Positions 51,458-61,998 of a stretch of 64,000 nucleotides of DNA are shown here, piece after piece. Made by a program: the position numbers and the translations under genes. Under the pieces are notes generated by a model. It was not told where the DNA came from and ran no database searches. It saw only the letters and a list, made by a program, of their open reading frames with translations. The number at the start of each line of letters is the position of its first letter. Position 1 is the first letter of the stretch. This DNA comes from Octopus sinensis (taxonomy: Eukaryota): the NCBI RefSeq assembly GCF_006345805.1, contig NC_042999.1, positions 126,914,001 through 126,978,000 on the forward strand. The letters run 5' to 3'.

Positions 51458-51458
<1 letters not shown>
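51357..51458 (+). mobile_element. Helitron 3' terminus
   Basis: Decayed hairpin CCCAGGCAATGCTGAG followed by TATCTGCTAG|T. The 5' boundary is uncertain. Confidence 0.6.
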
Positions 51459-51517
<59 letters not shown>

Positions 51518-51553
51518 CAGTAGAATGCTAAAAAGAAAGTTCTTGGTACAGTA

Positions 51554-52225
51554 TCTCTTATTATAAAAGGCAGATTTTATCTGCCTCCCTTTGTCTCTTA
51601 TAGAAATCTACAATATAGGATTTCTTCAATTACAATTTACCTAGCATTTTAAAGAGTAGAATGCATCAGGTCTTGCCAGGTCCACTTTTTAAAATTTCAA
51701 CCCCAATTAAGCAAAATTTAGAGAAAACTCACATTGTGGTGTATGAGTCAAATGCTTTTCTTAGTGTGGGATACAGCACACGCACACGCACACACACAGT
51801 GTGCAACGAATAAAGTGAAAGTAATTCACTGTGTGTGTGTTGACAGGTAGACAATAGAATGCGATGGCGATGGCGATGTAATATTTGTTTCTGTCTATGA
51901 CGCTGATAGATACATGAGTAAAATGTATGGGAAGCTAAGAGATAAGAGTGAGTGAAAATGTTCTTGGAAGAGAGTAAATAGCGAGAGAGTGATTTGAGGA
52001 AGACTTTACATTAAATAACCGTAGTGGCCTGTCATATGAAGAGGAGTGAGAGGGTACTGGAGGAAATAGGGTGAGTGAGGAAGATGGCCCCTAGCAACCA
52101 CACCTTTTAAGATAGCCCACGAGCATCGTCACCTCATTCTACATGTCCCTGTAAATTTTGGAGCGAATCGGACGGGATAAAGTTATCTTGAAGAAACAGA
52201 AAGATCGCCCAAAAGTGTATATAGA
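51554..52225. mobile_element. Two opposed Helitron-like 5' fragments (+ from 51554, - from 52225)
   Basis: A|TCTCTTATTATAAAA and (minus) A|TCTATATACAC starts. The minus piece shares CCAAAATTTACAGGGACATGTA...CTTAAAAGGTG..TTGCTAGGG with 57088-57560. Confidence 0.5.
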
Positions 52226-52336
52226 TGTTTAAATGTATTTATATATTCATCTATACACACATGTATGTATAATGTGCGTGTATATATTTCCATAGAGGTA
52301 ACCATTCAATCCATACAAAGTTTTTTAGGATGAAAA

Positions 52337-53183
52337 TATTTATATATAAAATAAAGGTTGTGTGTCTGTCTACTCCGATTTAGATTCCTAACTACTCCCA
52401 CATTTTGCGATGCAGTTTAACCAAAACCGGGTATCTTATAGTCGTGATTCATATCGAGCCCTTCTGGGTATTAGCGCGCGTCTACGATGAGTCTATGATT
52501 TTACAAATAATTTACCATCATTTTTTTCCATTTTAATGCATATTTTTTTAAATAAAGGGAAGTAACTCTCAAACTTCACACCAATATGCGTGCTCATATG
52601 CGATGTAATATCACATCAGCAGCATTTCCTCACACCCTCCTTGCACTTGGCGAAGGCAAAATACCAGGGGATGAAAATGGTAATATTGCCATCGATTCCA
52701 TTTGTAACATTGTTAAGACGCCTTCTGATCTCAGAGATGCAGTGTTCCCAGATCTACAAGCTAATTATCAGAATATGGATTGGATTGGCAAAAAGGCTAT
52801 ACTGGCCCCGAGGAATAAAACTGTTCACCATATTAATGATGAAATGCTAAAACTCATTCCTGGGGAAGTCTATGTATATCAGTCTATCGATACAACTCCT
52901 GACCCAGAGGACGTCATCAACTATCCAATAGAGGTACTCAATTCCTTTGAGCACCCCGGACTATCACCACACTTTCTCAAACTTAAAGTTGGTGCCCCTA
53001 TAATGCTCATCAGAAATTTGGTTCCCCCAAAACAATGCAATGGCACACGTTTGATCGTTAAGTCCTTATCTCCCACCGTAAACTTATATCAATATTTGCC
53101 TGAATAATCATCATAATTCAGTGCAATCATTAACAGTACTTTCAAGCAATTCAGCCCCAAGCAACGCCGGGCAATTCTGCTAG
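52337..53183 (+). mobile_element. Internally deleted Helitron with both termini and a helicase fragment
   Basis: TATATATAAAA..TGTGTGTCTGTC 5' end (TC decayed), a PIF1-type helicase segment, and 3' hairpin GCCCCAAGCAACGCCGGGC followed by CTAG|T at 53180-53183. Confidence 0.8.
52586..53090 (+). pseudogene. Helitron RepHel helicase (PIF1-like) C-terminal fragment
   Basis: AILAPRNKTVHHINDEMLKLIPGE..Y.SID..YPIEVLNS...PGLSPHFLKLKVGAPIMLIRNL.P..QCNGTRLIV, open for about 165 codons and truncated at both ends. Confidence 0.92.
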
Positions 53184-53256
53184 TTATATATATTTGAAAG
53201 AATGAGAAGAAATGGCTTTTTTGAGGGGATAATTATTAATCTCTGTAAACATTATA

Positions 53257-53680
53257 GGCGTAGGAGTGGCTGTGTGGTAAGTAGCTTGCTTATCAACCAC
53301 ATGGTTCTCGGTTCAGTCCCACTGCGTGGCACCTTGGGAAAGTGTCTTCTACTATAGCCTCAGGCCGACCAAAGCTTTGTGAGTGGATTTGGTAGATGGA
53401 AACTGAAAGAAACCCATTATATATATACACACACACATATATATATATATATGAATATATATGTGTGTATGAACTTGTGTGTCCGTGTTTGTCCCCCAAA
53501 TCATCACATGACAACCAATGCTGGTGTGTTTATGTCCCCATAACCTAACGGTTTGGCAAAAGAGACTGATAGAATAAGTACTAGGCTTACAAAGAATAAG
53601 TCTTGGGGTTAATATGTTCGACTGAAGGTGGTGCTCCAGCATGGCCGCAGTCAAATGACTGAAACAAATAAAAGAAAAGA
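53257..53680 (+). mobile_element. SINE family A, full length (reference copy)
   Basis: GGCGTAGGAGTGGCTGTGTGGTAAG A-box head, GGTTCAGTCC B-box, CCTTGGG.AAGTGTCTT CORE-like block, microsatellite linker, and tail GCATGGCCGCAGTCAAATGACTGAAAC. Confidence 0.9.
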
Positions 53681-53689
53681 ATATATATA

Positions 53690-53866
53690 TAAGCAATAAT
53701 AAATCTCTGAGTGAGGTATAAACAGTAGCTGCATGACATTGTGAAGTATAATTGCCACTTAAATGTGGCTAACCCTTAAGGGTGGAGGCTACTGCAGCTT
53801 GTAGCCCCAGGAGGACATCTCCTCCAGCTCGCTATTGACACACTATCTGTGCCCTATTAGTATTTG

Positions 53867-53870
<4 letters not shown>
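53690..53870. mobile_element. TA-embedded ~180-bp element with four tandem hairpins
   Basis: Hairpins at 53754-53769, 53772-53783, 53787-53806 and 53810-53825; (TA)n on both sides. Confidence 0.5.
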
Positions 53871-53905
<35 letters not shown>

Positions 53906-53989
53906 GAGGGAATATTATTCCAAACTTACAGGGAAAAATTCAATTTAGAAATACTAAATCAAATTTCACAAAATATAATATATATATAT

Positions 53990-54294
53990 ATAAATTAGAA
54001 AACAACCACCTTTTATCAATTCAATAATGAAAAATTAAATTATGCCATTTAGAAAAATTACCTATTATAGAAATATTAAATATAAGATAAAACATATAAT
54101 GATGATTAAGTAATGTGCAAAATAATAAATAAAAAATAAATAAAACGTATTCTCCCAAATATATACGTTTTACTTAATCATTGTTGTATGCTTTATCTAA
54201 TATATAATCTTTCTATAATAGGTCATTTTTCTGAATGGTATAATTTAATTTTTCATTATTGAATTGATAAAAGGTGTTTCTTTTCTCATTTATA
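53990..54294. repeat. Fold-back element, about 124-bp arms
   Basis: 53990-54113 versus the reverse complement of 54170-54294. Confidence 0.88.
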
Positions 54295-54744
54295 CACACA
54301 CACACACACATGTACGATATATACATATCATCACCATTCATTATCATAATTTAACATCCATTTTCCATGCTCGTATGGTTTGGATGGTTTGACAGCAGCT
54401 GGCCAGCTGGGAAGCTGTCTGGACTCCAATTTTCTGTTGTGTGTATATAAATGTACACACACACACACACATATACATCTCTCCATACATACATACATGT
54501 GTGCATATGTGTATGTATGCATGTATATATGTACACATACATATATGTGTGTTGAGAATGTATGCATGGTCAAGTGATCAGAAGGTTTCATTCAGAATCA
54601 CAAAGTCCCAGGTTCAATATCACTGTGTAGCATCTTGAGCAGGTGTATTTGCCATAGCCTCACATCATGCCAAGCGTAGTGAGTGACTTCTGAGTTGATG
54701 GAATCTATAGAGAAGCTTATCAGTCAGACTGTGACTGTAAATCA

Positions 54745-54950
54745 CAGGGTGTTCCAGCAACTCAAAACTCAATTTCTGAATGGTTTAAATGGTGTGGGCA
54801 GCCATATGTTGGCATGTAATGTTGTGCAACAATAACACTTGATTTGATAATAGACATCAGTATTTGGTATGATTCCTGGTTTCAGTTTGTAGGTCAGCAT
54901 TTCTCTGTAGCCTACATTAGTAACTGTAGACTCCTTTTCTAGGCAATGTT
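54745..54950 (-). repeat. 206-bp direct duplicate of mariner segment 56120-56325
   Basis: Ungapped alignment with 5 mismatches. Confidence 0.95.
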
Positions 54951-55162
54951 GTCATACAGCATCATACCAACTGTACCTGAGTTTTACATTAAGGGCATGC
55001 ATGTCTGTGGAATACTCATACTCTGCATGCAGTAATTCAATGAGTAGGTCATCCATTTAATTGACCGACTGGAGGTTCATATATGGAAATTGGCAGAAGA
55101 GTCCATCATCATCATCATTGTCATCATTGTCATCATCGTCGTCGTCATCATCGTCATCATCG

Positions 55163-55193
<31 letters not shown>

Positions 55194-55639
55194 GTATGTA
55201 TGAAGATATGTATGCATGTATGTAAGCATGTATCTATCTGGTTGTCTGTCTGTCTGGCTATGTAACACAATTAGAAAGGAATTTTATCAAATATTTTCTT
55301 AAAATTACCTCTTAAAAAAACCAACAAAACAAACTATGTGTATGTGTGAGAGAGCATGTATGTGTATACATGTGTGCATGTGTGGATACACATTTCACTA
55401 CATTCCATATTTAATTAATTTTAATTAATTAAAATTTCTTGGCATACTATATTAGTTATGCTAGCACTCACTTTACTATATACAAAAACACACACACACA
55501 CACACAAACACATGCATTCACACACACACTGTGCTTTCAGGTTCAGTGGTTAAGAAGTTTTCTTTGCATTCCTGAAATTTGGGTTTGGTCGTACTTTATG
55601 GCATTCTACTTTGGTCCATGCCATTTTCAATAACCTTAG

Positions 55640-55720
55640 GCAATCCCTTATTGTGTGCATGAAACTGAAGAGATAAAAACTGTGTGGAGAGCAATCAGAT
55701 GGATTTTCTTTGATGTCCAG
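55640..55720 (+). CDS. Candidate 81-nt host exon (AIPYCVHETEEIKTVWRAIRWIFFDVQ)
   Basis: Acceptor TTTTCAATAACCTTAG|, single open frame, weak donor CAG|GTCTAA. No homology recognised. Confidence 0.17.
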
Positions 55721-56084
55721 GTCTAATGAGATCAGTTTGGTAGAGAGCATCATGTATGCCAAAGCAGAACTTATTGGACCTAAATATAAAAACATCAAGA
55801 AAGATAGGTCTTCTATTTTGCTTTTGTACATTAATGTATGCCAGAGACTATGGTTACTGTTATAACCCTAGGCTTTTCTACCTCACTTTCTCCATATTTT
55901 TCTTTTGTATGTGTATGTGTGTGTACATGTAGGTGTGTATAAATGTGTGTGCATGTATGTATGTCTCTTAATGTCTTTCACTTTTTTTCCTCTCTTTTTT
56001 TTAACCATAACCTGCCTTACCTTCTGTCACCCTCTATTCTGTATGCTGTCCTGCTTCTGCTAGTTGTGCAGTCCTTTATGCATA

Positions 56085-56865
56085 AAGGATGTTTGAATGG
56101 GGAAGATCTGGGCTGTATTCAGGGTGTTCCAGCAACTCAAAACTCAATTTCTCAATGGTTTAAATGGTGTGGGCAGCCATATGTTGGCATGTAATGTTGT
56201 GCAACAATAACACTTGATTTGATAACAGACATCAGTATTTGGTATGATTCCTGGTTTCAGTTTGTAGGCCAGCATTTCTCTGTAGCCTACATTGGTAACT
56301 GTAGACTCCTTTTCTAGGTAATGTTCCAGAATAAGCACTCTTGCATCCCACAAAACGGTCAGCTTTACCTTTTCTGTGGAAGGATGAGTCTTGAATTTTT
56401 TTCACTGGTGATTCTGGGTTTTCCCACTCCATACTCTGTTGTTTGGATCCTGGCTCAAAGTGATGGACACGGGTCTCATCTTCTGTGACTATTCTCTCTA
56501 AAAAAGTATTGCTTTCATTGTTGCAGTGGTTGAATGAGCATTGACACAGTTCCATATGATTGCACTTATGAACTTTGGTAAGCTCCCTTGGCACCCATCT
56601 TGCACAGACTTTACAGAAGCAAAGTTTGTTGTAGATGATTTTGTACGCAGAGCCATAACTAATTTGCTGAGAATGTACCACTCAATCAATAGTCACTTGG
56701 TTCACCAGAAACATCTCTTGAGTTTTTCTAATCTTCACATCGGTGGTGGAGGTTGATGGGTGTCCTACGTCCACAAAGTAGGACACCAAAAGTGATTTGT
56801 CCATTTTTGGTCATTTTTAATTAAATTTCTTGATCCACTCATACACATTACTATGTGGTAGAGTA
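56085..56865 (-). mobile_element. Decayed mariner transposase fragment
   Basis: KVCARWVPRELT...FLERIVTEDETRVHHFEPGSKQQSMEW and ELLEHPEYSPDL. No TIRs seen. Confidence 0.9.
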
Positions 56866-57087
56866 ATGAATTTCAGCCCAAACACACCTTCAGGCCAGAA
56901 AAATTAGATCACTGATCTCTGTTCTTCCTGGGTGCACACAGCCAGAAAGAAAACTGGAATGACCAAGGTCAAACCTTTGTTACATAACAGCAAGAGTACC
57001 ATCTTTTAGCATGTGATCACTGAAGGCAGTGTCACCAACCTAAAGAAAGTTTTGGCTAAAGTGCAGATAATTTTTGACTTACTCTCA

Positions 57088-57560
57088 TCTCTATATTATA
57101 AATCTGAAATGCGAAAAGTTTGTTTGTTTGTCTGGTTTTGGCATTGAGAACGGGTTAAAGGCCACTAGATCCTGTCGGATTGACTCCAAAATTTACAGGG
57201 ACATGTAATATGAGGTGAGGATGTTAGTGGGCTAGGTTAGAAATCCCCATCTTAAAAGGTGTCGTTGCTAGGGCCAAAAACTCACTTTGACAAGTCTACT
57301 CTCATTCTTTTATGTATCTGTCTTCCTCAGTCACTCACTCTCTTTCCTCCCTTCCCATCACTTTCTATATATAATGCCGTTTCACGGCATCTAACTCCCT
57401 TACCTTCACTTTCTCTTTATAACGTCGTTCTATATCTCCCCCCTCCCTGCCTTCGACAGCACTTTCACACTCTCTCTCTCTCTACGTCTGTCTGCATTCA
57501 TAGAGAGAATTATCATCGTCACCACACAATCATGAGAACAAATATTATGAATCAGATATT
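57088..57560 (+). mobile_element. Helitron-like non-autonomous element, 5' part
   Basis: A|TCTCTATATTATAAA...GTTTGTTTGTTTGTCT start; homologous to the minus-strand piece at about 51950-52225. Confidence 0.55.
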
Positions 57561-57573
57561 TATTGGGTTAATT

Positions 57574-57604
<31 letters not shown>

Positions 57605-58530
57605 TCTATATATAAATATGTATATATAATGTATATATACGAAGTGTATATATCTGTACTTATGTATATTAAACTTTTTAATACTTTTTGATAGTTATAT
57701 ATATTTTTTAAAAAATTATAAATATAAATTAATAATTCTAATTTTAAATTTAAATAATTTAAATTTTTCAATTTTATATTTTATATATTTTGTATATTAT
57801 ATTTTTATTTTTATGTTTTGGTTTATGTTTTTCACTCTTTGATTTGCCTATTAGTGGTTTTATCTCTAATTTAATTTATACATATATATATATAATTTGT
57901 ATACATTTGTATATATAATGCGTGCACACACTCACACACATATATACATATATATATATATATAATGTGTGCATTATTTGGTCGGTTGAGCTGAAATATG
58001 CACACCTATGTTAAAAGTGCTCGCAAGTTTGCATGACAACTATTTTTTTCCTCAAATGAAAGGCATGACCTCTAGGACAAAATTCCTCATCTTATAAAAT
58101 GTGGCCCCAGTAGACCCGAATGAAATCGGGTTATATTAACCAAAATGTAAAAAGGGGTCTAAATAGGGCTGCAAGGGGATTAAAATTTAAAGGAGCGGGT
58201 GTTTAGGAATTCTCTGTTACATCAAGCTAAAAAATTTGCGCCAACCTTTTAATCGTCAATATGTTGCCGTTCATGATGAAGAAGTTTTGAATGTTTGCCA
58301 TGGTGAGTCAACTGTCATGAGAAAGAATCACTTCAAAACTTGGTGTTTAGGAATTTTCTTTTACATCAAGTTTTTATTTCTCAACTTACTCAAGATCTTT
58401 TGTTGTTTATAAATGGGAGAGAGATTGATAAAGATAGAGAGTAAGAGAAAGTGAGGGAGAGTCCGAGAGTAAACAAAAGTAAGAGAGTGGGAAAGTGAGA
58501 GAGAAAGGAGAGAGAAACAAAGAGGGAGAA

Positions 58531-58846
58531 TGATGATGATGATGATCATCATCGTTTAACGTCCGTTTTCCGTGCTAGCATGAGTTAGACAGTTTGACCG
58601 GGGTCTGGGAAGCCAGGAGGCTGCACCAGGCTCCAGTCTGATCTGGCAGTGTTTCTACAGCTGGATGCCCTTCCTAACGCCAACCACTCTGTGAGTGTAG
58701 TGGGTGCCTTTTTCGTGCCGCCGGCACAGGTGCCAGGGGGGCTGGCAGCAGCCACGATCGGTTGGTGCTTTTTACGTGCCACCGGCACAGAAGCCAGTCA
58801 AGGCGGCGCTGCAATCGGCCATGTTCGGATGGTGCTTTTTACGTGC
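58531..58846 (-). mobile_element. RTE 3' tail fragment
   Basis: Conserved block plus about 2 VNTR units. Confidence 0.85.
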
Positions 58847-58849
58847 TGA

Positions 58850-58914
58850 AAGGAAGCAACAGAAAGTAACAACCACACTCTTACCCGCGCATAGAGCGGG
58901 TCACCTTAAGCTAG
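58850..58914 (+). mobile_element. Helitron 3' terminus
   Basis: Hairpin ACCCGC-GCATAGA-GCGGGT (58883-58901) then CTAG|T at 58911-58914. Confidence 0.75.
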
Positions 58915-59835
58915 TATATATATATATAAAGCAGAATAAGAGAATGATTCTAGATGAGAAGGCAAGAGAGGCTAATATATATATATATATATAATATATA
59001 TATATATATATCTTTTACTCTTTTGCTGAACCACTAAGTTACAGGGATGTAAATACACCAACACTGGTTGTCAAACAGTGGTAGTGAGAACAAACGCAGA
59101 CACAAAGACACACACACATACACATATATTAAACAACAGGCTTCTTTCAGTTTCCGTCAACCTGACCACTCAGAAGGCTTTGGTCAGCCTGAGGCTATAG
59201 TAGAAGACACTTGCTCAAGGTGCCACGCAGTGGGATTGAACCTGGAACCATGTGGTTGGGAAGCAAGCTTCTTACCACACAGTCATGCCTATATATAATC
59301 TTTTATATTTGCTTCAGTCATTTGACTGTGGCCCTTCTGGAGCACTGCCTTGAAGGGTTTTAGTCAAATAAATCGCCCACAGGAATTACATTTTTTTAAA
59401 GCTTAGTACTTATTCAATAAATCTCTTTTGACACTAATCCCTCTTGTCCTTTATATACTCTCTAAATTTATTGTGTATATTCTGTTCCTCTCTCCATTAT
59501 CACATTCTCACAACTATAAATCTTTTCCTCTCATCATATTTTAGCCTCACTTGCCTTCTTATCTAGAATCATTCTCTTATTCTGCTTTCAGTCATTGGGT
59601 CTCTTTAGACTCTTTGGTTTTGTGAGTTACATGGCAACCTCACCAGAGCTGGTGCCATGTAAAAAGCATCCTGTACACTCTGTAAAGTGGTTGGTATTAA
59701 GAATGGCACCCAGCTATAAAAAGAAATATTAAAACAGAGACACTGGAGCATGATATGCTCTTTCAATTTGTTAGATCTTTGTCAGAATGTCTAATCCATA
59801 CCAGTGTGGAGAGTGGACAAAACTGATTGTCCCTC

Positions 59836-59958
<123 letters not shown>

Positions 59959-60490
59959 TAATATATGTATGTATATATATATGTCTGTATGTATCTGTCT
60001 GTCTGTTTGTCTATCTTTTTATCTCTCTCTCTCTTCACACACACACACATGCAATATGCACCTGTGTGAATATGTTGACGCGGGAAACTCATAATTGCGT
60101 AACAGTGTGACTCATCAGCTTTGTGCATACAAATGGATGCATATATGAACCGGTGCATGACTACATAAATACACACATGTCTATTAATGTATGTATGTGT
60201 GAGTGTGTTAATAATTATCAACATTTATTGATTCTGATTTTCTATGCCAGCATGGATCCACTGTATGTAATCTTTTGTGTAACTTGCACCTGATTACGTC
60301 TGTATGTTTTTCTTTTAATCTCAACTGGTGTTTGCTATAAATATATATACTTTGTAGTTATATGATTTTACAATTATGTAAGTTTTATCTGATCCTATGC
60401 ACTTATTATTCTTTAAAAATTGAAATTTTATTTATTAATTTTGACTTTTAAAATTTGTTATTGTATTCATTGTCTATATTTATCTCGATT

Positions 60491-60685
60491 TACTCTTTAC
60501 TTGTTTCAGTCATTTGACTGCGGCCATGCTGGAGCACTGCCTTTAGTCGAGTAAATCGACCCCCAGGACTTATTCTTTGTAAGTCTAGTACTTATTCTAT
60601 TGGTCTCTTTTGCCGAACTGCTAAATTACGGGTATGTAAACACACCAGCATCGGTTGCCAAGCATTGTTGGGGAGACAAACACAG

Positions 60686-60716
<31 letters not shown>

Positions 60717-60893
60717 CATATACATATGTATGATGGGCTTCTTTCAGTTTCTGGCTACCAAATCTACTCACAAGGCTTTGGCTGGCCTGAGGCTATAGTA
60801 GAAGACACTTGCCCAAGGTGCCACGCAGTGGGACTGAACCTGGAACCATGTGGTTGGTAAGCAAGCTACTTACCACACAGCCACTCCTGCGCC
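60491..60893 (-). mobile_element. SINE family A, full length
   Basis: Reverse complement matches 53257-53680. Confidence 0.9.
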
Positions 60894-60954
60894 TATAAAA
60901 ATGTAAACACAAGCAAAATACTGCTAAGTATTTCGTTTCTGCCAACTAACGTTT

Positions 60955-61365
60955 CTTATTTCTTTATTGCCCACAAGGGGCTACACACAGAAAGGGGACA
61001 AACAAGGACAGACAAATGGATTAAGTCGATTACATCGACCCCAGTGTGTAACTGGTACTTAATTTATCGACCCTGAAAGGATGAAAGGCAAAGTCGATCT
61101 CGGCGGAATTTGAACTCAGAACGTAAATATCTATTTCTTTACTACCCACAAGGGTCTAAACACAGAGAGGACAAACAAGGACAGACAAACGGATTAAGTC
61201 GATTATATCGACCCCAGTGCGTAACTGGTACTTATTTAATTGACTCTGAAAGGATGAAAGGCAAAGTCAACCTCGGTGGAATTTGAACTCAGAACATAAA
61301 GACAGACAAAATACCGCTAAGCATTTTGCCCAGCGTGCTAACGTTTCTGCCAGCTCGCTGCCTTA
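60955..61365 (-). mobile_element. SINE family B dimer
   Basis: Two tandem bodies and one head, with a junction similar to the first junction of 41466-42095. Confidence 0.85.
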
Positions 61366-61561
61366 TGCCAGCTAAATAATTAAGATTGACAACTCTCTAA
61401 ATGTTTTGTTACTATATTTCTGTTGAAATACTCAACCTTGGTTTCAATTATTTTTGAAAAATAATGAAGAAGTTAATAAAAATAACTTTGCCAGTATTAA
61501 TCTGGTGTTTGGAACTTAACAGGAAATTTTGATAGACGGTTTTTAACTAAGACCACTTTAA

Positions 61562-61998
61562 CCCTTTAGCATTCAGATTACTCTGTCAAGTGTAATGTGT
61601 ATTTATTCACATTGATTTGAATTAGTCATGCATTACCTTGTAGTTTTGAGATTTCAATGATTTGATCGTTTATTTTTAGAATAGAGTCCACTCAGCTGGC
61701 AAAAATAAGTTGTACTTGTAATTCAAAGAACCAGTCTTGTCACGTTCTGTGTCACTGAATCTCCTTGAGAACTACATTATGGGTGCACATCTCTGTGGAT
61801 TGCTCAGTCACTTGCATGTTGCTCCATTGATCAGATCAACTAGAACCTTCGTCATCATAACCAATGGAGAGCTAGTTTTTTTGTTTGTTTTTTTTATAGA
61901 ATATTGCGGGATAAGTGTGAGAGACTGGATTTGGCCAATTTAAAGATAAAACAGGTGGAATATTTTGGCTGGATATGGCTGGTTTAAATACTAATGGG
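61562..61998. mobile_element. piggyBac-type MITE interrupted by a SINE-C fragment
   Basis: TTAA|CCCTTTAGCATT...AATACTAATGGG|TTAA. The insert at 61683-61896 is flanked by TAGAAT on both sides. Confidence 0.8.
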
